A DNA stretch of 64,000 bases, from contig SHWZ01000006.1 in assembly GCA_009693575.1 (NCBI GenBank), positions 6,523-70,522 of the forward strand, written 5' to 3'. The DNA comes from Flavobacteriaceae bacterium (GTDB lineage: Bacteria; Bacteroidota; Bacteroidia; UKL13-3). Positions 41,749 to 49,916 of the stretch are shown one piece after another (the first letter of the stretch is position 1; every line of letters starts with the position of its first letter). The notes under the pieces were generated by a model. The model was not told the DNA's origin, searched no databases, and worked only from the letters and a program-made list of their open reading frames with translations. The translations under genes were made by a program, and so were the position numbers.

Positions 41749-42063
41749 ATGTACGCAATCGTAGAAATAGCAGGCAAACAAATGAAAGTGCAGAAGGATC
41801 AAACCCTTTTTGTACATAGGCTGGGCAAGGAAGAAGGCAGCAGCCTTTCTTTCGACAAAGTGTTGTTGGTAGACAATGACGGCTCTATAAAAGTAGGCAA
41901 CCCCACCGTAGCCGGAGCCAAGGTTCAGGCCAAAGTGCTGGTTTCAACATTGAAAGGTGATAAAGTTATCGTGTTCAAAAAGAAACGCCGCAAAGGATAC
42001 CAAAAGAGCAATGGCCACCGCCAGCAGTTCAGCAAAATTCAAATAGAAAGCATCACAGGCTGA
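41749..42063 (+). CDS. rplU: 50S ribosomal protein bL21
   Basis: MYAIVEIAGKQ.KV, KVIVFKKKRRKGY..GHRQ. Confidence 0.98.
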   Translation: MYAIVEIAGKQMKVQKDQTLFVHRLGKEEGSSLSFDKVLLVDNDGSIKVGNPTVAGAKVQAKVLVSTLKGDKVIVFKKKRRKGYQKSNGHRQQFSKIQIESITG

Positions 42064-42071
42064 TTGCTTAG

Positions 42072-42106
42072 TAACTATAAACTATAAACTAACAACTATA
42101 AACTAG
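42072..42106 (+). repeat. Five heptamer units (AAACTAT) in the rplU-rpmA spacer
   Basis: TAACTAT AAACTAT AAACTAA CAACTAT AAACTAG. Confidence 0.9.
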
Positions 42107-42110
42107 TAAG

Positions 42111-42365
42111 ATGGCACACAAAAAAGGCGTCGGTTCATCACGAAATGGCCGTGAATCGCACTCAAAAAGACTGGGTGTAAAAATATATGGGGGGCAAATG
42201 GCCTCAGCCGGAAACATCATCGTGCGTCAGCGTGGCACTAAACATCACCCTGGGCAACATGTTGGTATAGGTAAGGATCATACGTTGTTTGCCTTAATAG
42301 ATGGTACGGTAAATTTCAAAAAGAAAGCGGATGACCGCAGCTTCGTTTCCATTCTCCCAAACTGA
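42111..42365 (+). CDS. rpmA: 50S ribosomal protein bL27
   Basis: [34 protein letters not shown]. Confidence 0.98.
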   Translation: MAHKKGVGSSRNGRESHSKRLGVKIYGGQMASAGNIIVRQRGTKHHPGQHVGIGKDHTLFALIDGTVNFKKKADDRSFVSILPN

Positions 42366-42383
42366 TTATTTCATTAAAATTTT

Positions 42384-42415
42384 AATCCCGACTTCGTAAG
42401 AGGCCGGGATTTTTT
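42384..42415 (+). terminator. Intrinsic terminator of rplU-rpmA
   Basis: AATCCCG...CGGGATT followed by a T-run. Confidence 0.8.
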
Positions 42416-42443
42416 GTTGGGTTAAATGTGAACGCAGAGGCAC

Positions 42444-42535
42444 AACCTGTCCTGCTAGAGTGGGAACCCTTCTTAACATTGGGAAGTTCCAAGTCATCCT
42501 TCGGAAGACTTGAATCAGCAGGGGATTATTGAGTT
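42444..42535. ncRNA. Candidate structured RNA (three-stem junction; possibly 6S-Flavo-like)
   Basis: CCTGCT (42451-42456) / AGCAGG (42517-42522) closes two hairpins, GGAAC..GTTCC and AAGTC-TCC..GGA-GACTT. The family resemblance is from memory only. Confidence 0.5.
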
Positions 42536-42873
42536 ATTATGAATTCAATTGCTGAAATTTGTTTAAGTTTTGGTTGCGAAAACCCGCCTGCTTACTCATG
42601 CCACTACTCAAATGTTCAGGATGATTTTCAGTCGAAAAACAACAAGGCCAGTCTCAAAACAAGAGCATTCTTTCTTTTTAGTCAGTTTTACATTAACACT
42701 CTTACTTACCTGTTTGTTTCTGAGCCGTTGTGGAAAAGCTATGGATAACGACAGCCAATAACCTATATTTCCCTTTGAAGATGGAAATACCTCCATTGGT
42801 TAATCGGGGCTTTATTTGCTGAAATTCATAGCCTTAGTTTGCTTTCCTAACCCTTTAACAAAAACTAAAAACA

Positions 42874-43308
42874 ATGAACACGAAAACCTTAATCTCGGGC
42901 CTCATTGGAGGCATTGCATTCTTCCTTCTAGGTTACCTCATCTACGGTATGGTGCTGATGGGTATGATGGAAGAACACTGTAGTCAGGCTATGAAAGATA
43001 TGAGCCGAAAAGAAGCTGATTTTGTGTGGTGGGCTTTGATAGTAAGCAACCTACTTGGAGGCTATCTCTTGGCTTTGATATTTTCTTGGTCGAACACCAA
43101 TTCGATGAGCAGCGGAATGAGCAGAGGAGCTATGGTCGGCCTTCTAATGGCATTGATGATGGATCTTCAATTCTACTCTATGACCACCATGTACTCAGAT
43201 ACCACAATTATTTGGATAGATGCCGCTGCCAATGTAGTTATGTGCGGCTTAGTTGGAGCCATCATTGGCTGGTGGAATGGACGAGGAGCTAAACCAGCAG
43301 CAGCTTAA
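42874..43308 (+). CDS. Four-helix membrane protein (DUF1761-like)
   Basis: GGIAFFLLGYLIYG; four hydrophobic helices. Confidence 0.7.
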   Translation: MNTKTLISGLIGGIAFFLLGYLIYGMVLMGMMEEHCSQAMKDMSRKEADFVWWALIVSNLLGGYLLALIFSWSNTNSMSSGMSRGAMVGLLMALMMDLQFYSMTTMYSDTTIIWIDAAANVVMCGLVGAIIGWWNGRGAKPAAA

Positions 43309-43319
43309 TTATATATTCG

Positions 43320-43619
43320 TTAATCGTTTTCAGTTTGGCTCAAACTATACTGAATTATAGAAAAGGGCAGCCGTTGGGTTGCCTTTTTTTTGTTTTTAGC
43401 TAATTCGAGTTGCAAAGAGGCTTGGGTAAGGATATTAGTAGGATTGGAAAAGGTTGTAATGATTGGTTCACCAATGGAGATGTCGGCCTGCCAAGATGGG
43501 TTGGAGAATGTGGCACCAGCAGTGTTAAGCACATACGGGGTAGGGGCTTGGGCAAATGCTGTAGTTGGTGATAACACTAGAACACAGGCAGCAATAATGA
43601 AAGTAGAGAGGTATTTCAT
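43320..43619 (-). pseudogene. Truncated small secreted protein, probably lacking its T9SS C-terminal domain
   Basis: Signal peptide plus V.NTAG..F......SIGEP.I.TF......LTQ motif; the frame then runs through a terminator hairpin with non-protein-like sequence. Confidence 0.55.
43360..43391. terminator. Bidirectional terminator
   Basis: AAAAGGGCAGCC-GTTG-GGTTGCCTTTTTTT between convergent ORFs. Confidence 0.8.
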
Positions 43620-43790
43620 GGATTTGGCTTACAATATTAGGAAGTAATTTACCACAATTCGTTAAGTGGTTGGCGGAAACGACAAACCACAGGCAAAATC
43701 CCACGGCGGCCACAAAGCGACAAAGTGCCACCCTCTCGCTTCGGAGAGGGAATGGTGAGGCCATCTGACAATAACGCAAGGCAAAAACAA

Positions 43791-43825
43791 ATCTTCAAAT
43801 CTCCAAATTGGCTCATCTCCAAATC
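43791..43825. repeat. Octamer tract ATCTTCAA/ATCTCCAA upstream of the pruA promoter
   Basis: ATCTTCAA ATCTCCAA ATTGGCTC ATCTCCAA ATC. Confidence 0.8.
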
Positions 43826-43843
43826 AGCGTAATTTTGCAGCCC

Positions 43844-43861
43844 TCCCGATAGCTATCGGGA
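43844..43861. repeat. Perfect 18-bp palindrome TCCCGATAGCTATCGGGA in the pruA leader
   Basis: Lies between TAATTTTG (43830-43837) and the ATG at 43875; a degenerate copy is at 10480-10497. Confidence 0.85.
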
Positions 43862-43874
43862 TACAACAATTCTT

Positions 43875-45503
43875 ATGAACGGACATTTCAAAATACCCAC
43901 CCCTGTCAACGAACCAATAACCACATTTGCACCCGGCACACCAGAGCGAGCAGCCCTCAAAGCTGCATTGGTCGAAGCCCGCAACCATGTGGAAGACATA
44001 CCAATGTACATCGGAGCAAATGAGGTTCGCACAGGTAAAACCAAAGACCTTTTCCCGCCGCACGATACCGCCCACCAGATAGGCACTTGCCACCGGGGCG
44101 ACAAAACCCATGTGCAGCAGGCCATTGATGCGGCCCTTGCAGCCAAACCAGCTTGGGAAGCCATGCCTTGGGAGCAACGTGCCGCTATTTTTCTAAAAGC
44201 TGCTGAATTGATGGCAGGGCCTTACCGTTACAAATTGTTGGCTGCAACCATGCTTGCCCAAAGCAAAAATGCGTTTCAAGCGGAAATAGATGCAGCTTGC
44301 GAAATGATCGATTTCCTGCGATTTAATGTGGCTTTTATGAGTGAGATATACAACGAACAACCACAGAGCAGCAAAGGCATTTGGAACCGCCTAGAATACC
44401 GCCCGCTGGAAGGTTTTGTGTTCGCGTTGACCCCTTTCAACTTCACGGCCATAGCGGGCAATTTGCCAAGTTCAGCCGCCATGATGGGCAATGTGGTGGT
44501 ATGGAAACCAGCCGACACCCAGATATATTCAGCCAATGTGCTGATGCAGATTTTTCGTGAGGCGGGAGTGCCTGATGGGGTTATCAACTTGGTTTTTGCC
44601 AGTGGTCAGGATATGGGTGATGTTATCTTTAAACACCCGCAGTTTGCCGGTATACATTTCACGGGCAGCACAGGAGTGTTTCAAAACATTTGGAAAGAGA
44701 TTGGCAACAATATCCACTTGTATAAATCATACCCCCGCATTGTAGGCGAAACAGGTGGCAAAGACTTCATCATCGCCCATGAAAGTGCCCAGCCTGAGGT
44801 GCTGAAAACAGCTATCATTCGTGGGGGGTATGAATACCAGGGGCAGAAATGCTCGGCTGCTTCGAGGGTGTATGTTCCATCAAAATTGTGGGCAACAATA
44901 AAGGATGATTTGGTAGCCCAAATAAAAGCCCTAAAAACCGGACCAGTGGAAGACTTCACCAATTTTGTGAATGCGGTCATCAATGAAGCCTCTTTCAACA
45001 AACTGAAAAAGTATATTGACGAAGCCAAAGCCGACCCAACGGTTCAAGTGTTGGCAGGCGGCAACTGCGATAAATCCCAAGGCTATTTCATTGAACCAAC
45101 ACTGATTCTGACCAGCAATCCGATGTCGGTGACCATGTGCGAAGAATTGTTTGGTCCAGTGCTTACAGTATATGTTTACAATGAAAGCGATTGGGAGCAA
45201 ACACTAAAATTGGTTGATAGCACTTCACCATATGCATTGACTGGGGCTGTGTTGGCTCAAGACCGTTACGCCATCACCCAAGCAACGGAAGCCTTGCGAA
45301 ATAGTGCTGGCAACTTCTATATCAACGACAAACCTACTGGTGCAGTAGTCGGTCAGCAGCCATTTGGAGGTGGCAGAGCAAGTGGAACAAATGACAAAGC
45401 TGGTGCAAAGGTGAATCTACTCCGCTGGTGCAGCATGAGGACAATTAAAGAAACGTTTACGCCGCCTTCAAATTATATGTATCCGAATTTTTTGGAGCAA
45501 TAG
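43875..45503 (+). CDS. pruA: L-glutamate gamma-semialdehyde (P5C) dehydrogenase
   Basis: QAEIDAACE.IDFLRFN, PFNFTAI, HFTGST, GETGGKDF, EYQGQKCSAASR, INDKPTGAVVGQQPFGG. Confidence 0.96.
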   Translation: MNGHFKIPTPVNEPITTFAPGTPERAALKAALVEARNHVEDIPMYIGANEVRTGKTKDLFPPHDTAHQIGTCHRGDKTHVQQAIDAALAAKPAWEAMPWEQRAAIFLKAAELMAGPYRYKLLAATMLAQSKNAFQAEIDAACEMIDFLRFNVAFMSEIYNEQPQSSKGIWNRLEYRPLEGFVFALTPFNFTAIAGNLPSSAAMMGNVVVWKPADTQIYSANVLMQIFREAGVPDGVINLVFASGQDMGDVIFKHPQFAGIHFTGSTGVFQNIWKEIGNNIHLYKSYPRIVGETGGKDFIIAHESAQPEVLKTAIIRGGYEYQGQKCSAASRVYVPSKLWATIKDDLVAQIKALKTGPVEDFTNFVNAVINEASFNKLKKYIDEAKADPTVQVLAGGNCDKSQGYFIEPTLILTSNPMSVTMCEELFGPVLTVYVYNESDWEQTLKLVDSTSPYALTGAVLAQDRYAITQATEALRNSAGNFYINDKPTGAVVGQQPFGGGRASGTNDKAGAKVNLLRWCSMRTIKETFTPPSNYMYPNFLEQ

Positions 45504-45604
45504 CCTTTGCTATTTCATTGTCAACATACCCTGCCAAAAATCATGTTTTGCAAATGGCCTTTCGGATAGTATACTTGCTTACCTTTGCCGCTTAATTAAT
45601 TGTT

Positions 45605-47419
45605 TTGAAAGATTTTGAATCACTGGGGCTAAACCCCGAATTGTTGAAGGCCATTGCAGAAATGGGCTTCGAAACACCTACTCCTATCCAGTCGGCTATC
45701 ATACCGAAATTTATTACTGGAGACCGCGACCTTATTGGCCTCGCACAAACAGGAACAGGCAAAACCGCCGCTTATGGACTTCCGCTGCTCGAGCTCGTTG
45801 ACAGTAGCGAGTACCATACACAAGCTGTTGTGCTTTGCCCTACACGTGAACTTTGCGTACAGATTACGAAAGATCTGACAGCGTATTCCAAGAATATGTC
45901 AAACACGTATATCGTGGCTGTGTATGGCGGAGCAAGCATCCAAGGGCAAATGAAAGACTTGAAACGTGGGGCACACATCATTGTTGCCACACCTGGTCGT
46001 ATCATGGATTTGATGGAACGTAAAGCTGTTAACCTATCGAAGGTTAAATATGCTGTGTTGGATGAAGCCGATGAAATGCTAAAAATGGGCTTCCGTGAAG
46101 ACATTGAGCATATCCTTGGGTTTACACCAAAAGACAAACGCACCTGCCTGTTCAGTGCTACCATGCCCCGTGAGGTGAAACAGATAGTGAACAACTATTT
46201 GAACAACCCTGAGGAGATAAAAATGGCAGCTACGCAAACCACTGCCGAAAATCTGGAGCATGAATACGCTCTCGTGATGGCAAAGGATAAATATGCTGCC
46301 TTGAAACGAGTGCTTGACCACAACCCTGATTTCTACGGGATGGTGTTTTGCACCACCAAAATTGAAACCCAAGACATCAGTGACAAACTGATTCGTGATG
46401 GATACCGTGCCGATTGTCTACATGGTGACCTAAGCCAAAGCCAGCGGGAGAAGACATTGAACAAATTCCGTCATCGTGGCATACAAGTGATGCTGGCTAC
46501 TGACGTGGCTGCTCGTGGTATTGATGTGGAGGGATTGACACATGTTATACATTATCATTTGCCAGATGAGTATGAAAACTACACCCACCGCAGCGGACGT
46601 ACAGCCCGTGCTGGCAAAAGCGGAGTTTCATTTTCTTTGTTGAATGTAAAAGAATTTTTTAAGCTGAGGCATATCGAAAAACTGACAGGCATCCGCTTCA
46701 AGCAAGTGATGATCCCCAGTCCTGCCGAGGTTCGTAACAAGAAACTGTTGGTAGCTGTGGATAGGATTCGCAACACAGAAGTGGACGAAAGCCGCTTTGA
46801 TGCTGAAGTTAAACAAGCTGTGGAATTGTTGAAAGAGTTGGATCATGACGCCTTGGTGAATAAAATCATGGCCTTCGAATTGGAACGTTTCAGTGCTGAA
46901 TACCTGAATAGCCCCGATTTGAACGTGGACAAAAACGGTACTGGAGGTGGCAGCGGCTACGATGTGCTTCACGCCAAAATGTTTGTGAGCCTTGGCAAAA
47001 AAGACGGGTTCGATAGCCAATCGATGAAAGAGTTTGTAGCTGAGAATTGCGGCCTAACAGTGAAAGATATTCTGTTTGCTGATATTGGTGGCGTATATTC
47101 TTTCGTAAAAGTGAAAGACGAACATGCCGACAAAGTATTGAATGCATTGAATGGAGGCACCTATAATGGTCGCCCAGTACGCATAGAAAAAACCGAAGAA
47201 CGTGGTGGTGGTGGTGGCGGAGGAGGATACCGTGGCAAAGGCAAATCATCATTCGCTGACCGCAAAGGCCGCGATGGCGGTGGCGGCTATCAAGGTAGAG
47301 GTGACCGAGGTGGCGACAGAGGCGGCTACGGTGGCAAAAAATCGTATGGCGGTGGTGGCGATAGAGGTGGCTCGCGTGATGGTGGTGGAGGCTGGGGAGG
47401 CAATAAGAAAAAATGGTAA
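45605..47419 (+). CDS. DEAD-box RNA helicase (DeaD/CsdA-like) with DbpA-type RNA-binding domain and Gly/Arg-rich tail
   Basis: AQTGTGKT, PTREL, TPGR, DEADEM, SAT, HRSGRTAR; TTG start after TACCTTTG (45580-45587). Confidence 0.95.
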   Translation: MKDFESLGLNPELLKAIAEMGFETPTPIQSAIIPKFITGDRDLIGLAQTGTGKTAAYGLPLLELVDSSEYHTQAVVLCPTRELCVQITKDLTAYSKNMSNTYIVAVYGGASIQGQMKDLKRGAHIIVATPGRIMDLMERKAVNLSKVKYAVLDEADEMLKMGFREDIEHILGFTPKDKRTCLFSATMPREVKQIVNNYLNNPEEIKMAATQTTAENLEHEYALVMAKDKYAALKRVLDHNPDFYGMVFCTTKIETQDISDKLIRDGYRADCLHGDLSQSQREKTLNKFRHRGIQVMLATDVAARGIDVEGLTHVIHYHLPDEYENYTHRSGRTARAGKSGVSFSLLNVKEFFKLRHIEKLTGIRFKQVMIPSPAEVRNKKLLVAVDRIRNTEVDESRFDAEVKQAVELLKELDHDALVNKIMAFELERFSAEYLNSPDLNVDKNGTGGGSGYDVLHAKMFVSLGKKDGFDSQSMKEFVAENCGLTVKDILFADIGGVYSFVKVKDEHADKVLNALNGGTYNGRPVRIEKTEERGGGGGGGGYRGKGKSSFADRKGRDGGGGYQGRGDRGGDRGGYGGKKSYGGGGDRGGSRDGGGGWGGNKKKW

Positions 47420-47521
47420 CGGCGGGATAGCCTTATTATCCTTAGACCTTAATCATGTGAAGGCATTTGCGGTGGTATTATCGATGACCTTTTAGGTCAT
47501 CATGACAAAATAAGCTTTTTC

Positions 47522-47545
47522 TGTCATGCTGAGGAACGAAGCATC
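47522..47545. repeat. REP-like element TGTCATGCTGAGGAACGAAGCATC
   Basis: GTCA head plus ATGCT...AGCAT stem; intergenic. Confidence 0.6.
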
Positions 47546-47610
47546 AGCATTTTCTTTACGGTCGAATAAGTGATTTCAAACACCTGACCCCAAACTTCAA
47601 ACATTTTTCT

Positions 47611-48222
47611 ATGAAGATTATATGCATAGGCCGAAATTACAGCGAACATGCCAAAGAACTTGGCAATGCTATCCCTGAAGCCCCTATACTTTTTATCAAA
47701 CCTGACTCTGCCCACATCCGCCCGGGTTATCATTTTTATTATCCTGCATTTAGCAATGACGTACACCACGAACTTGAGTTGGTGTTGAAAATCCAAACGA
47801 TGGGCAAGAATATCCCAAAGCAGTTTGCACACAAATATTATGACGAAATTGGTCTTGGAATTGACTTCACCGCCCGTGATGTGCAAGCTGAGCTCAAGCA
47901 AAAGGGACTGCCTTGGGAAAAAGCCAAAGCCTTTGATGGCTCTGCCGCAATGGGACATTTCGTAACTAAAAAAGAGCTTGGCGATTTGAATGCCATACAG
48001 TTTCATTTGGATGTGAATGGTGAAACAAGACAACGCGGCAACTCTGCCAACATGCTCAATAAGTTTGATTATTTAATAAGTTACATTTCTAATTTCTTCA
48101 CGCTAAAGAAAGGGGACCTTATTTTCACCGGAACTCCTGCAGGGGTTGGCCCAGTAGAAATTGGAGATAGACTCGAAGGATATATTGGTGATAGCAAGTT
48201 GTTGGAGGTCGTCGTAAAATGA
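47611..48222 (+). CDS. Fumarylacetoacetate hydrolase family protein
   Basis: ICIGRNY..HAKEL, F.KP, HHELE, DFTARD.Q, WEKAKAFD, GDLIFTGTPAGVG. Confidence 0.93.
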   Translation: MKIICIGRNYSEHAKELGNAIPEAPILFIKPDSAHIRPGYHFYYPAFSNDVHHELELVLKIQTMGKNIPKQFAHKYYDEIGLGIDFTARDVQAELKQKGLPWEKAKAFDGSAAMGHFVTKKELGDLNAIQFHLDVNGETRQRGNSANMLNKFDYLISYISNFFTLKKGDLIFTGTPAGVGPVEIGDRLEGYIGDSKLLEVVVK

Positions 48223-49916
48223 TTTTGAAAATGAGCCAATTTGGAGATTTGAAAATGCAAGCAATGTCAATTAATCCAAATTGGAAAAGGAAGCTATTTA
48301 TTTTATTTCTTCTCACCTTTAAATTACCAAATCTTCAAATCAATACATCGGCTCAGTATTTCCGCAACCCCATTGACAGCCCCATGTACCTCAGTGGCAA
48401 CTTCTGCCAGATACGCGACGGGCATTTTCATTATGGGTTGGATATACCCACCAACAACACCGAAGGCTGGCCAATTAGGGCGGTGGCCGATGGTTTTGTA
48501 AGCCGCATTTTTGTTGCAAGCTATGGTTATGGCAAAGCATTGTTCATCACACACCCAAATGGTTTTACAAGTGTTTATGCTCACCTGCGAAACTTCAACG
48601 AGAAGTTGGATGATTATACCCTTGCCCAACACTACAAACGCCAAAGAAATTCCTTGGATATATTCCCACAAAAGAACTTATTCAAAGTAAAAAAGGGCGA
48701 CATCGTCGCATACAGCGGCAATAGTGGTGGAAGTACAGGGCCACATCTACATTTTGAAATACGGAATGGCAAGAATGAATTGCTAAACCCACAGTACTTC
48801 TTGGATGTGCCTGATACAATACCGCCTGTAATTGGAAAAATAAATGTAAGGTGGAATAAGAATTTTTTATGCTTCGAAGCTGATACTTCCTTATCGGACA
48901 CTTTTTATATTCAATCTGGGAAAATAAAAATTGAAGCTGAAATATATGATAAACTGGTTTTTCCTCATAACAAGATGAACGTAAAAAAATATTCACTGTA
49001 TATAAATAATGAAAAATATTTTGAATGTATTTTCGATAAATATTCATTTAATGAAAACAAATTTGTGAACCTGCATTTTGACTATGATTATTATTGGAAT
49101 AATGGAGTTCGATTGCAAAAACTATTTACTGAAATACTCAACAGATGCGGGTTTTACAAGAATGAAAAGGAAATATTCTTGAAAGAAAATGAATTGCTAA
49201 AATGTGAAATCATTGCAGAAGATTATAAAAATAATATTGCAAGAAAAACTATTTTTTTACGAGGAAGAAATGGAGTAGCAGGAAAAGGCAGACTAACTCT
49301 TTCAAATGATCAAAAAATAATACCTAATAGAAAAAATGTTATTTTTTCACCTGAAAAAAATGTTAAGATTGAAATTCCCTTAGGTGTGTTCAACGATACT
49401 ACTGATATAATTGTGCTAAAAAATTCATTGTATTTTAACACCTACATCTTTGTCGCAAACGACTTTTATCAACCCTTTTTAATTCCACCTACACTATATA
49501 TAAAAAATGAAAAAAAATTATTTGTGAGTGATAGTTCAAAATTACTAATCGCTATTCAAACCACTGACAGCACTTTATCTCCGCTTGGTGGCACGTATGA
49601 AAACGGGTGGGTAAAAACAAAAATTTTCTTACCTGGTGAATATATAATTACAGCAGATACAATTCCCCCCACAATCCAACAAGACTCCACCACCACTACC
49701 TACCTTTCCTTCAAAATAGTTGACGACCTCACAGGCATCGGCTATTACAAAGCTACGATTGACGGTAAGTTTGCCTTGGTTTGCTACGATTCAAAAGCTG
49801 GAAAAATTCATTTCAAGAAAGATAGATTTACACCAAAGGGCAAACATGAATTTAAGTTGGTAGTAGGCGATAAGAAAGAGAATTATGCAACGTGGGAAGG
49901 GGAAATAGAGTTATGA
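48219..49916 (+). CDS. M23-family metallopeptidase, copy 1
   Basis: HFHYGLD, YAHL, SGNSGGSTGPHLHFEIR. Confidence 0.9.
   Translation: MILKMSQFGDLKMQAMSINPNWKRKLFILFLLTFKLPNLQINTSAQYFRNPIDSPMYLSGNFCQIRDGHFHYGLDIPTNNTEGWPIRAVADGFVSRIFVASYGYGKALFITHPNGFTSVYAHLRNFNEKLDDYTLAQHYKRQRNSLDIFPQKNLFKVKKGDIVAYSGNSGGSTGPHLHFEIRNGKNELLNPQYFLDVPDTIPPVIGKINVRWNKNFLCFEADTSLSDTFYIQSGKIKIEAEIYDKLVFPHNKMNVKKYSLYINNEKYFECIFDKYSFNENKFVNLHFDYDYYWNNGVRLQKLFTEILNRCGFYKNEKEIFLKENELLKCEIIAEDYKNNIARKTIFLRGRNGVAGKGRLTLSNDQKIIPNRKNVIFSPEKNVKIEIPLGVFNDTTDIIVLKNSLYFNTYIFVANDFYQPFLIPPTLYIKNEKKLFVSDSSKLLIAIQTTDSTLSPLGGTYENGWVKTKIFLPGEYIITADTIPPTIQQDSTTTTYLSFKIVDDLTGIGYYKATIDGKFALVCYDSKAGKIHFKKDRFTPKGKHEFKLVVGDKKENYATWEGEIEL

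Noticed and set aside
42072..42106. Short repeats as CRISPR or DGR-type arrays
   Set aside because: Units are 7-8 bp without unique spacers; no cas or reverse-transcriptase genes in the window.
42570..42800. Short lipoprotein-like ORF (…LFLSRCGKAM…)
   Set aside because: Stops a few codons after the Cys and has no clear start; at most a remnant and too weak to call.
47200..47419. GGT/GGC-rich repeats at the end of the helicase gene
   Set aside because: Period-3 repeats encoding the ordinary Gly/Arg-rich tail of DEAD-box helicases.
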